From Salinivirgaceae bacterium (GTDB lineage: Bacteria; Bacteroidota; Bacteroidia; Bacteroidales; SZUA-534), in contig JAKSOL010000015.1 in the NCBI GenBank assembly GCA_024405635.1, forward strand, positions 1 through 63,246: a DNA stretch of 63,246 nt, read 5' to 3'. Each line of letters begins with the position of its first letter. The first letter of the stretch is position 1. The position numbers and the translations under genes were made by a program. Below are positions 42,203-51,094 of the stretch, piece by piece. The notes beneath the pieces are model-generated. The model did no database searches and was not told the DNA's origin. It saw nothing but the letters and a program-made list of their open reading frames with translations.

Positions 42203-42775
42203 ATGATGGAATCGCATCCGCTTGGTTTTTTTATTCCGCAAGATGCTCGTTTGCTGATGCTTGGAAGTTTTCCGCCACCGCACAATCGTTGGTCAATGGA
42301 GTTTTTTTACCCAAATTTTCAGAACGATATGTGGCGCATTTTGGGTCATGTTTTTTTTGCCGATAGAAATCATTTTGTGGTTCAAGGCGAAAAACGATTT
42401 AACTACCAACTAGTGGTCGATTTTGTTACTCAAAAAGGCATTGCGCTTGGCGACACTGCTCAAAAAGTGGTGCGTTTAAAAAACAATGCTTCTGATGCTT
42501 TTTTGCAAATTGAGCAGACTATTGACCTAAACGATGTGCTACAAAGAATGCCGCTTTGCTCGGCTATTGTGGTTACAGGGCAAAAGGCAGCCGAAACGCT
42601 TTGTTCAATAGCGCAAACCGATGTGCCAAGCGTGGGGCAGAGTGTGCCATTTTACTTTTTGGACCGAACTATTCGCATTTATCGCATGCCATCGTCGTCG
42701 CGGGCTTATCCTATGGCGCTTGAACGTAAGGCTGAATTTTACGCTGCTATGTTTGCTGAGGTTGGAATGGTGTAG
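42203..42775 (+). CDS. Uracil-DNA glycosylase superfamily protein
   Basis: HPL, LMLGSFPP, FFYPNFQNDMW, MPSSSRAYP. Confidence 0.85.
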   Translation: MMESHPLGFFIPQDARLLMLGSFPPPHNRWSMEFFYPNFQNDMWRILGHVFFADRNHFVVQGEKRFNYQLVVDFVTQKGIALGDTAQKVVRLKNNASDAFLQIEQTIDLNDVLQRMPLCSAIVVTGQKAAETLCSIAQTDVPSVGQSVPFYFLDRTIRIYRMPSSSRAYPMALERKAEFYAAMFAEVGMV

Positions 42776-42847
42776 GACTTAACTTGTTAAGTTATAGACT
42801 TTTGTAAAGGTTAAATTTCTTTTTTTTTTGTGGTTCATCTCCCAAAC

Positions 42848-43996
42848 CTACTCCTTCTTCCCTTCAAAGAACAAATCTTCCTCAATGCTGTTGATGCGCC
42901 AATCGACGTATGAAAGTATGTTTCTGGTGGTTTTGTTGCGTTCCCAGCCGTAATCTAATATGGTTTTGAGCCATTTTTTCTCTGTTTTGTAATCGTGCAA
43001 CGCGTTGTAAGCCAACGACATTCGGTATTGCGCCTCAAGTGTGGTTTGATAATTTAGGCTGTTTTTCAGCATGCGAATTTGGTTACGCCTACAAGTTGCA
43101 GCCTTAACCGAATCTTCGCGATATTCAAACGCATAACCATCGTAAAACGAGGCTTTGCTGCAATATATTTCGGCCAACGATGCCGAATCGGCTTGACACA
43201 ACTCTATTGCAATATCGGCGTAGGTTAGCGCCTCGTCGCGGTGGCCAGTTGCTCGCAATGCCAAGTTTGAAAGTGCTTGCACTATTGGCAGATGCTCGAA
43301 TCGTGAACCTTCGGCTGCAAGTAGCATAAAGTCAAATGCTTTGTCGAATATGGCGCAGTTTTCGTACGATTTGCCAATAAAGTATAGCGTGCTTGGCGAG
43401 TCGTCGCCATTGGCATTTGTCTCAAGCAGCAAATCGAGTGCGCGGTAGTAGTCGTGTTTTTGATAGCATGCCATTGCTAACTGCTTGTTTACCATTTGGT
43501 TGGTTGGGTCAATTTTGTAGTAAGCGTTGCCGTAATTCACAGCAGAGTCAACCATCTTGTTGTTTCGGCAAAACGAAATTAACTCCGTTACAGCTGCAGC
43601 GTCAAGTTGATTGACAGACACAATTTGACGGGCGCATTCGGTAATAATGCTGTCGGGGGCTGACATTCGTTGCAGACAGTTGAACCGCAACCGCAGATCC
43701 TGGTACTCGTTGGCCGAAAGAAGAAGCGTATCAGCAAGTTGCAAACAGCGTTTATACTGTCCGCGCTTGTAGTAGCATTGTGCCAATCGGCGCACAATGG
43801 TGTCGTTGAAGGTTAATTTGCAAGCTTGTTCGTAGCGCAACATCGAGTTGTAGGTGTCGTTAAGCAACAAACAAGAATCGGCTTGCAACATAAGGCGGCG
43901 CGATTCATCGGTCATCGGTTTAAAATTGGGTTGCGACAAACCACAAAATGGCAGCGCTGCTAACATTATAACTATTGCTCTTTTCATAAAATTCAT
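42848..43996 (-). CDS. Secreted tetratricopeptide-repeat protein
   Basis: Signal peptide; repeated LA.CYY..G.Y..A helical motifs. Confidence 0.75.
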   Translation of the reverse strand: MNFMKRAIVIMLAALPFCGLSQPNFKPMTDESRRLMLQADSCLLLNDTYNSMLRYEQACKLTFNDTIVRRLAQCYYKRGQYKRCLQLADTLLLSANEYQDLRLRFNCLQRMSAPDSIITECARQIVSVNQLDAAAVTELISFCRNNKMVDSAVNYGNAYYKIDPTNQMVNKQLAMACYQKHDYYRALDLLLETNANGDDSPSTLYFIGKSYENCAIFDKAFDFMLLAAEGSRFEHLPIVQALSNLALRATGHRDEALTYADIAIELCQADSASLAEIYCSKASFYDGYAFEYREDSVKAATCRRNQIRMLKNSLNYQTTLEAQYRMSLAYNALHDYKTEKKWLKTILDYGWERNKTTRNILSYVDWRINSIEEDLFFEGKKE

Positions 43997-44066
43997 GCTT
44001 TAGTTGGTAAAACAAAGGCTCGCCGCCGACGAGCCTTTATGCGTTATGCAAAACAATATAAATCAG

Positions 44067-45446
44067 TTAGTTCAATGTAAAGTTGATTGGAATGTTGAAT
44101 GACACATTCACAACTTCGCCGCGCTGACGGCCCGGTGTCCATTGCGGTAGCAAACTTATAACTCGCATGGCCTCGTTATCAAGGCATTCGATACCTGTAC
44201 CTTTTAACAACTTCACATTTCCCACTTTGCCTTCTTTGTCGATTATAAAGGTTACATAAACCTTGCCTTCTTGTTGGTTTTCCTTGGCATCTTCGGGATA
44301 AACAATGTTTTCTGAAATGAAAGCGCGAAGAGCGTCGTCGCCACCAGGGAATTTTGGCATCTCCTCAACAATCATAAACACTTCATCGGTCGAAACCACG
44401 TCAGCATTTTCACCCTTCATAAGCGAAGGTTCTTTCTCTTCATAACTGCCGTCTTTCAGCTTAACAAACACTCTGTTGTCTTTTGATATAAACGTTGCAT
44501 TGGCAGGAATCTTGTCGTAATCGGCCTGCGAGATTCCTAATTCGGACAATGAGGGTTTCATATTTGTGCTATCTTTGCTGCACGATGAGTTGGCAAATGC
44601 AACTACCGCAAATGCCGCAATTGGTAGGACATAAAGCGCCTTGGCCAATGTCCAAACTGATGATTTTTTACGTGACATCATAGTTATTCTATATTTCAGT
44701 TTACTGTGATTAAAGCTGTTGGCAATTGAATACCACTTCCCGCCAGCAGCTTTTTTAATTAATAATATTTGGTATTGTTTTGCATTGATGCCTGAATCAA
44801 GAACGGCCTTGTCGGCCTCGTACTCGTGCAAGGCGCACAACTCTTGGCGCAATAGCCACATGGCCGGATTGTACCACTGCAAGCAGCACAGCACATCGCA
44901 CACCAGTACATCAACCGAGTGCATGCACCTTATGTGGGCCTGCTCGTGGGTTATTATCTCGCGGCTACTATCGTCGTAGTCCTTGCGGTTTATTACTATG
45001 TATTTTATCCAACTGAACGGAGCCTGCTCGTTGTCAACTATCACAAGTGTTGAGCCGTCAGATAGTTTTTGGTGCTCGCCCTGCGCTATTACGCGCACCA
45101 CTCCCACTATCGACAATGCCATGCGGACCAAACAAACCACAATGCCAAGGTAGAACACCACAACCACTGCCATTCGCCAATCGAACTCGGTTGCTGTAGG
45201 GTTTCCAACAATCACCTCCTCAAGCATAATCACTGGCTGCGCTATGGCGTAGGTGGCCGACTTGCCTGTGGAAACGTACTGAAACATCAGTCCGCCAAAC
45301 GGCAACAAAAACGACAACAAAATGCTGCCAAGTACTAAAAAACGGTTGGCACGATGCAGGGTCTCGCGACTCATAAACGAGCGAAACAACAAATAAAAAG
45401 CTATCAGCAAAGCCGACACCTTTAAACTATACACAAGCATTTCCAT
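44067..45446 (-). CDS. BlaR1/M56 peptidase fused to a C-terminal TonB domain
   Basis: APFSW, HEQAH (HExxH), QWYNPAMW, HEYEAD; C-terminal MPKFPGG...YP...EGKVYVTFII...WTPG. Confidence 0.92.
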   Translation of the reverse strand: MEMLVYSLKVSALLIAFYLLFRSFMSRETLHRANRFLVLGSILLSFLLPFGGLMFQYVSTGKSATYAIAQPVIMLEEVIVGNPTATEFDWRMAVVVVFYLGIVVCLVRMALSIVGVVRVIAQGEHQKLSDGSTLVIVDNEQAPFSWIKYIVINRKDYDDSSREIITHEQAHIRCMHSVDVLVCDVLCCLQWYNPAMWLLRQELCALHEYEADKAVLDSGINAKQYQILLIKKAAGGKWYSIANSFNHSKLKYRITMMSRKKSSVWTLAKALYVLPIAAFAVVAFANSSCSKDSTNMKPSLSELGISQADYDKIPANATFISKDNRVFVKLKDGSYEEKEPSLMKGENADVVSTDEVFMIVEEMPKFPGGDDALRAFISENIVYPEDAKENQQEGKVYVTFIIDKEGKVGNVKLLKGTGIECLDNEAMRVISLLPQWTPGRQRGEVVNVSFNIPINFTLN

Positions 45447-45448
45447 GA

Positions 45449-45805
45449 CTATTCCTCCTCAATTTTGCGAATCAGTTCCTTAAGTTCGTCAACCGAAAGA
45501 TCCTCTTCCTTAACCAATGCCGAAACAGCATTCTGGTATGAGTTTTGAAAATACTTGCCAATGATGCCACGCAAAGTGAGTTTGCCAAAATCGGTGCGCG
45601 ACACTTTTGCAAAATACTGATAGGTTGGTCCATACGATTTGTGGTCAACGTAGCCCTTGGCCTCAAGGCCACGCACCATTGTAGATATTGTGTTGAAATG
45701 AGGTTTTGGGTCGGGATAAAGTTCAACCAAGTCGCGGACAAACATTGGCCCATGCTCCCAAAAGAAGTTCATTACTTCCTCTTCCTTTTTTGTAATCTTC
45801 TCCAT
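45449..45805 (-). CDS. BlaI/MecI/CopY family repressor
   Basis: KEEEVM..FW, PHFNTISTMVRGLEAKGYV. Confidence 0.93.
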   Translation of the reverse strand: MEKITKKEEEVMNFFWEHGPMFVRDLVELYPDPKPHFNTISTMVRGLEAKGYVDHKSYGPTYQYFAKVSRTDFGKLTLRGIIGKYFQNSYQNAVSALVKEEDLSVDELKELIRKIEEE

Positions 45806-45838
45806 TGTTGTGATGTGTTTTTGTTGACAATGCTAAAG

Positions 45839-45886
45839 TAACTATAAAAATATTTTGTGCAACTATTTTTTTTAGTTGAGTAACTA
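45839..45886. promoter_or_regulatory. Putative BlaI operator array
   Basis: Palindrome CAACTA-N7-TAGTTG (45860-45878); AACTA half-sites at 45840, 45861 and 45882 (21-bp period) upstream of blaI. Confidence 0.55.
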
Positions 45887-46018
45887 TTTTTTTGATTGTT
45901 TAGACATATTTTGTTTTGCAAAGCAGAAACACTAACATTGTAGCAATAATAAACGACGATAATAAAATCAAGATTTAGAGAGACATAACATATTATTAAC
46001 ATAAGCATTAGCTATTAT

Positions 46019-46217
46019 TCACGTCCAAATCAAAAGCCTCGCAAACTGATGATTTCGGTTATCGGATAAACGCTAATCCACGAGACGCTTTGCGCTCTCG
46101 TATCCCTACCATTAGAGTTAATGCTCACGCCGATTAGGTGTGGGCTAATCTAGGTAGGATACGGGGTTCATGCGAGGCTCCTCGTGGACGTGATAGAGAG
46201 GTCCGCACCTTTCTTTT
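46019..46217 (+). ncRNA. Putative structured cis-regulatory leader RNA upstream of the type II R-M pair
   Basis: Nested long-range helices (46019-27/46185-93; 46035-43/46171-79), UUCG hairpin 46046-46065, long inner hairpin about 46096-46166, terminal hairpin with U-run 46195-46217. Confidence 0.6.
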
Positions 46218-46266
46218 GTCCGTATGTGATTGATAGTTGATTGCTGATAATTAACTATTAATTGAT

Positions 46267-47049
46267 ATGAATATTTACACGGAAAAAAGTATTGAATTGG
46301 CAAATCAACGTAATTATCTTGATTTGCTATTTAAAGTATATCCATTGAGTCCTGACTCTATCAGAGATATTGATGCAACAACTTGGAAGTCTGTAGAAAC
46401 GAACTATAAAAAGGGTAATAATACCGAATTGTTTAAGAGTTTGCTAAAACTGCCATTGTTTCCTGTAAAAGACGGTTATGTTCCTTATTTTAAGCATGAT
46501 TTAAGCGCCGTAGAGCGTAATCCGGATACTGTAGATAGGATTTGTGGAAGAGTCAGGGAGTTGGAATTGGACAAATTATGGGAAAAATGTACTCAACCCA
46601 AAGAGACCAACCGTCAAATGGGACCGTTGTTTCAAAACTGGCTTAACAAAGGTGTTCTTGGTTCATATCCCGTTGATGAAAAAATGTTCTTGTCAAAGAC
46701 CAAAGGAGTTGCCATCCTAGATGGAAGAGATTCGGCATTAGCTGATTTCGCCAATCGTTATCTTGGTTATACAAGAGATAAAGGTCTGGATTTTATAGCA
46801 AGAAAAGGTGATGTATTCATTATTGGAGAAGCAAAATTCATTTCTGATGAAGGTGGTCATCAAAATGACCAATTTCTTGATGCTATTACAACCCTAAATA
46901 CAAAAACGAAAAGGAACGTATTAAAAGTGGCTGTACTAGATGGTATATTGTATATCAAAAGTAAAAAGAAGATGTACCAGACAATCACTTCTAATGATGT
47001 CCCTGTTATGAGTGCCCTATTATTAAGAGATTATTTATACTCACTATGA
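46267..47049 (+). CDS. Type II restriction endonuclease (Tsp45I-family-like)
   Basis: KGLDF...IGEAKF PD-(D/E)XK-like motif; ATGA overlap with the downstream methyltransferase. The family name is recalled from the SIELANQRNYLD...ETNRQMGPLF...GGHQNDQF pattern and needs HMM confirmation. Confidence 0.75.
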   Translation: MNIYTEKSIELANQRNYLDLLFKVYPLSPDSIRDIDATTWKSVETNYKKGNNTELFKSLLKLPLFPVKDGYVPYFKHDLSAVERNPDTVDRICGRVRELELDKLWEKCTQPKETNRQMGPLFQNWLNKGVLGSYPVDEKMFLSKTKGVAILDGRDSALADFANRYLGYTRDKGLDFIARKGDVFIIGEAKFISDEGGHQNDQFLDAITTLNTKTKRNVLKVAVLDGILYIKSKKKMYQTITSNDVPVMSALLLRDYLYSL

Positions 47050-48113
47050 AGAACATTTTGATAAAAGGGGATAATGTTGCCGGTCTTAATTGGCTGATAG
47101 AAAACGGATATCAAGGCAAAGTTGATTTGGTTTATATAGACCCTCCCTTTGCAACTGGTGGTACTTTTTCCGTTGATGATAATGGTCGTGTTGCAACTAT
47201 AAGCAAATCCGAGAAATCTGTAGTTGCGTATAAAGATACATTGCAGGGTACTGAGTTTATTGATTTTTTACGTGAGCGTATCAAGTTAATTTATAAACTT
47301 CTGTCAGAGCAAGGTTCTTTTTATTTGCACATAGATTATAAGATTGGCCATTATGTAAAAGTTATGTTGGACGAAATTTTCGGTGTAGACAACTTCAGAA
47401 ATGATATTACTCGAATTAAGTGTAATCCAAAAAACTTTTCGCGAATCGGTTACGGCAATATTAAGGATATGATCTTATTTTACACCAAAGGAAAGAATCC
47501 AATTTGGAATGAGCCAAGAATTGAACATTCTGAAGAAGATCAAAAAAGATTATATTCGAAAATAGACAAAGACGGCCGAAGATACACTACAGTTCCTATT
47601 CACGCTCCTGGAGAAACAAAGGATGGGAAAACTGCACAAGCATTCAAAGGAATATATCCTCCCAAAGGAAGACATTGGCGTTGCTCAGTAGAAGAACTTG
47701 AAGAGCTCGATAAAAAAGGATTAATAGAGTGGTCGGAAAAAGGCAACCCAAGAAAAATTAATTACGCAGACGAAATGTTGGGTAAAAAAGTGCAAGACAT
47801 TTGGGACTTTAAAGATTCAATGTATCCAGATTATCCGACACAAAAAAATCCTGATATGTTGAGTCTTATCATATCTGCATCTTCTAACGAAAATTCAATA
47901 GTAATGGATTGTTTTTGTGGTTCAGGTTCAACCTTAAAAGTAGCACAAAATATGGGGCGTAACTGGATAGGGATTGACCAATCTGATGTTGCAATAGAAA
48001 TAACAAAGAAAGCCATTTCGCAAGATTTAAGTTTGTTTTCATCAAATGACGGTTTTGACTATTATGAATTACTGCCAAATGCTCTGCCGCGAATGCAACA
48101 GAAGGAAGAGTAG
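47046..48113 (+). CDS. Amino (N6-A/N4-C) DNA methyltransferase, beta class
   Basis: YIDPPF (motif IV) precedes YPTQK and DCFCGSGST (motif I). Confidence 0.93.
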   Translation: MKNILIKGDNVAGLNWLIENGYQGKVDLVYIDPPFATGGTFSVDDNGRVATISKSEKSVVAYKDTLQGTEFIDFLRERIKLIYKLLSEQGSFYLHIDYKIGHYVKVMLDEIFGVDNFRNDITRIKCNPKNFSRIGYGNIKDMILFYTKGKNPIWNEPRIEHSEEDQKRLYSKIDKDGRRYTTVPIHAPGETKDGKTAQAFKGIYPPKGRHWRCSVEELEELDKKGLIEWSEKGNPRKINYADEMLGKKVQDIWDFKDSMYPDYPTQKNPDMLSLIISASSNENSIVMDCFCGSGSTLKVAQNMGRNWIGIDQSDVAIEITKKAISQDLSLFSSNDGFDYYELLPNALPRMQQKEE

Positions 48114-48200
48114 CAAGTAGTTGGTAAGTTATAAGTAGTAGGTTTTACGTTCTACAAATCAACGAATAAACAGTTCAACGCATCAACTGCAGAACCGTGC

Positions 48201-48249
48201 CTTCGACAAGCTCAGGCGCCGCGCGTATTGGTGGCTGAGCCTGTCGAAG
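48201..48249. repeat. REP-like inverted repeat (CTTCGACAAGCTCAG type)
   Basis: cttcgacaagctcag ... ctgagcctgtcgaag, 15-bp arms with one mismatch. Confidence 0.75.
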
Positions 48250-48309
48250 CCACTACCCATTAATCATTGTTATTCGATTCAACAAAAAAATGTAGTGGCT
48301 TTTAAGAAA

Positions 48310-48408
48310 TTGCATTGTCTATAGTGCAATCTTTGGCAGTTATTGCACATTGCATAGTGCAACTTATGCTAAAAACTGCACGCTGCATCGTGCAATTTTA
48401 TATCTTTG
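48310..48408 (+). promoter_or_regulatory. Three TTGCAC-N8-GTGCAA boxes at an exact 33-bp period abutting a TAnnTTTG promoter
   Basis: Boxes at 48310-329, 48343-362 and 48376-395; tatctttg at 48401-408; ATG at 48433. Confidence 0.75.
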
Positions 48409-48432
48409 CGGTATAAAAAACAGAATTAGGAT

Positions 48433-49611
48433 ATGAACACATTAATAGAAACATATAAACTTTTGCTTAATAGAGTTAAGACCGATTTTGTACGATATCT
48501 TCACGATAAGATAAATTGGGAGAATCGATTGGTTGCTATATTGGGAGCTAGAGGTACGGGAAAAACAACTTTGCTACTACAACATATTAAAATGTGCGAT
48601 GAAATTGAAACCTCGCTCTACGTAACGGCAGACGATTTTTACTTTACCACTCACAGATTATTCGATTTGGCAAAGGAATTTTACCAAATAGGAGGAAAGA
48701 AACTCTACATTGACGAGATACATAAATATGAAGGTTGGTCGTTAGAAATAAAAAATATATACGACCTTTTGCCCGACCTTCATGTTGTTTATACAGGTTC
48801 GTCTATTCTTGATTTGGAGCGAGGCGGAGTGGATTTAAGCAGAAGAAAAGTGGAGTATCATTTAATGGGACTATCTTTTCGTGAGTACATCAACATTTCT
48901 CTATTTGAAAACTTTCCCGCTTATTCGTTGGAAGAAGTATTAGTAGGTAAGGTTGATTTTCCGTATGCAAAGTATCGCCCAATAGCGCTTTTTAAGCAAT
49001 ATTTAAAAACGGGCTATTATCCATTTTTTATGGAATCAGACGACTATGCACTTCGGCTTAAAAGTGTATTAAAGCAGGTGGTGGAGTTTGATATACCTAC
49101 GTATGCTAAAATGAATATTACATCAAGTGCAAAACTCAAAAAACTGCTTTATGTGATAGCGCAAAGTGTTCCCTTTAAACCAAACTTTTCCGTCTTGGAA
49201 AAAGAGTTGGGCATATCAAGAAACATTTTGCCCGATTATTTGATGTATTTAGAAAAGGCGCAATTAATTACGTTGGTTCGCGAAAAGGCCACAGGAATAA
49301 AAGTGTTGCAAAAAATAGATAAGATATACTTGAATAATCCCAATATATCATACGTTTTAGCTGATGGCGATACAGACAAAGGAACCGTTAGGGAGAATAT
49401 TTTTATTCAATTTTTTCAAGACTTGCATCCAATTGTTAGTTCACCAACACAAGCCGATTTTGAGGTGAATGGTTACACGTTTGAAGTGGGCGGCAAGAAC
49501 AAAACAGCTCAACAAATCAAAGGAGTGGAAAACTCATACATTGTAAAAGACGACATTGAATATGCCTCTTTGCGCGAGATTCCGCTTTGGATGTTCGGCT
49601 TTTTGTATTGA
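48433..49611 (+). CDS. AAA+ ATPase (AAA_14) with DUF4143 / PD-(D/E)XK-like C-terminus
   Basis: GARGTGKTT, YIDEIH, TGSS, LSRR, GYYP, KIYLNN, ADF...FEVGGK, IPLWMFGFLY. Confidence 0.9.
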   Translation: MNTLIETYKLLLNRVKTDFVRYLHDKINWENRLVAILGARGTGKTTLLLQHIKMCDEIETSLYVTADDFYFTTHRLFDLAKEFYQIGGKKLYIDEIHKYEGWSLEIKNIYDLLPDLHVVYTGSSILDLERGGVDLSRRKVEYHLMGLSFREYINISLFENFPAYSLEEVLVGKVDFPYAKYRPIALFKQYLKTGYYPFFMESDDYALRLKSVLKQVVEFDIPTYAKMNITSSAKLKKLLYVIAQSVPFKPNFSVLEKELGISRNILPDYLMYLEKAQLITLVREKATGIKVLQKIDKIYLNNPNISYVLADGDTDKGTVRENIFIQFFQDLHPIVSSPTQADFEVNGYTFEVGGKNKTAQQIKGVENSYIVKDDIEYASLREIPLWMFGFLY

Positions 49612-49631
49612 TGCTCAAGGTGGTGCAAAAT

Positions 49632-49674
49632 AAAAATCCGCAAGTGGTGCATTAGGCAACCATTTGCGGATTTT
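49632..49674. terminator. Terminator hairpin, copy 1 (near-duplicate of 50472-50516)
   Basis: aaaaatccgcaagtggtgc-attag-gcaaccatttgcggatttt. Confidence 0.8.
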
Positions 49675-49695
49675 GGTTTGTGAAAAGAACTGACG

Positions 49696-50061
49696 TTAGA
49701 CGCCCAAAACTATATGCGCATCAACGTTCATTTTGCGACTAATCTCGCGAGCAAGCTGCAATGTTGGCTCACAACGTCCATTAAAAATATCGCTTATGCG
49801 CGACGAACTTACACCAAGCAATTCTGCAAGTTTTGCCTGATTAAGCCCCATTTCATACATGCGTAGTTTCATCACACTTACAAGCGATGGTTGCTCTATT
49901 GGGAAATGCTCATCTTCGTATTCTTCAACCATTGCCGACAATAAATCTAGTTCTACAGCATTCTTGTTGGTAGGTGGGGTATTGTCGTCAACCAATGGCA
50001 ACAGTTCTTCAATGCGCTCCATTGTTGCCTCATAAGCTACCTTCGATGTTATTCTTGCCAT
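49696..50061 (-). CDS. higA: HigA-type antitoxin (HTH-XRE)
   Basis: YEATMERIEELL...YEDEHFPI N-terminus plus HTH GLNQAKLAELLGVSSSRISDIFNG. Confidence 0.88.
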   Translation of the reverse strand: MARITSKVAYEATMERIEELLPLVDDNTPPTNKNAVELDLLSAMVEEYEDEHFPIEQPSLVSVMKLRMYEMGLNQAKLAELLGVSSSRISDIFNGRCEPTLQLAREISRKMNVDAHIVLGV

Positions 50062-50073
50062 AATTCTCACTAT

Positions 50074-50367
50074 TTAGATTGTTGATGCATCAATTTTTTC
50101 ATATTCAGAATGTGTGCCTATAAAACGAATTAAAATCGTACCTATAGTAAATTTGATAATAACTATCAATCTGTAGTTATTGCCCCGAATATTGAACACG
50201 TAATGCTGATTGCCAACGGCATCAACACTATTAAATGTTTTTTTTATGTCGTCGAAACAAGTCCATTGCGCATTTTTGGTTTTGGTAAACCATTCTTCCA
50301 AAGCAACCTTTGCGTCGGCATGTTCGGTGTAGTATTCTATAATTCTTGAACGAGCAATTATTCTCAT
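50074..50367 (-). CDS. higB: HigB-type toxin (RelE superfamily)
   Basis: MRII, W...DIKKTF, VFNIRGNNYRLI, RFIGTHSEYEKI; toxin-first gene order. Confidence 0.92.
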   Translation of the reverse strand: MRIIARSRIIEYYTEHADAKVALEEWFTKTKNAQWTCFDDIKKTFNSVDAVGNQHYVFNIRGNNYRLIVIIKFTIGTILIRFIGTHSEYEKIDASTI

Positions 50368-50471
50368 TTGCAACTAACAATATTTTACAAAGATGAGTTT
50401 GATTTTTTTGAAATACAAAATTATTTTTTGAATTTCAAGTTTTTGCTATAAACGAAACTCAAACGTTGCAT

Positions 50472-50516
50472 AAAAAATCTGCAAGTGGCGCATGTGCAAC
50501 CATTTGCGGTTTTTTT
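50472..50516. terminator. Terminator hairpin, copy 2, after the duplicated clc 3' end
   Basis: aaaaaatctgcaagtggcgc-atgt-gcaaccatttgcggttttttt. Confidence 0.8.
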
Positions 50517-50535
50517 GTGAAAGACAGATGTCGGT

Positions 50536-50847
50536 TTACTCTTCAGAGAAGTTGAGCAAAGCTTTGCGGTAGGCAGTGTAAATTTTTGATTTTGATATAA
50601 ATCCGTCGTACAAACCATCGTTAATAACAGGAAGGTTCCATGCTCCAGTTTTTTCAAACTTCTCCATCACAACGTCCATAGCATCGGTAGTGCGCACCAC
50701 ATCAACTGGCGCCGATATTAGTTCGTAAATGTATGTAGTGTCGTACATTTCGGGGTTAAACATTATGTGGCGAATATCGTCGAGCAATACAATGCCAACA
50801 AGTTCTTTGTTTTCGTTTATTACAGGAAACAAGTTTCGGCGTGAGTG
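50536..50847 (-). repeat. 312-bp direct-repeat copy of the clc 3' end (54702-55013); CBS-domain gene fragment
   Basis: Read by eye as identical to 54702-55013 except at 50539, 50545 and 50832. Confidence 0.95.
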
Positions 50848-50973
50848 TTTTGGGATAAATTATTTGTAGGAGGCGAAATTTCCATTATGATGGAAAATTG
50901 ATAAGGAAAATCTTTTTGGAAAATAGATGTTGACGAAGTGTGATGGGGTAATTACCCACATTGTTGGTTTCTT

Positions 50974-50988
50974 ATAAATTTTGCTTAT
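50974..50988. promoter_or_regulatory. Putative LysR box (ATAA-N7-TTAT, T-N11-A)
   Basis: Palindromic ataa-attttgc-ttat about 110 bp upstream of the QueD-like gene, which is linked to a LysR gene. Confidence 0.4.
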
Positions 50989-51094
50989 AACAAGTTGCAT
51001 TTATTTGATTAACCACTTGATAAGCAAAGAATTAATAGTCGGCACCTTTGCTTCACAAACAAATAGATTATTCACTATTCTAAATTAAAGTAAC

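Noticed and set aside
48310-48395. 33-bp-period repeats as a mini CRISPR array
   Set aside because: Units are 20-bp palindromes with 13-bp linkers, too short for repeat-spacer units; no cas genes; they overlap a promoter.
49632-50516. Repeated hairpins as integron attC sites
   Set aside because: No RYYYAAC/GTTRRRY ends and no integron integrase; the A/T tails fit bidirectional terminators.
50536-50832. 98-aa ORF as an independent CBS-domain gene
   Set aside because: It is the duplicated clc 3' end; its TTG start is just the variant of an internal Met codon and no promoter is evident.
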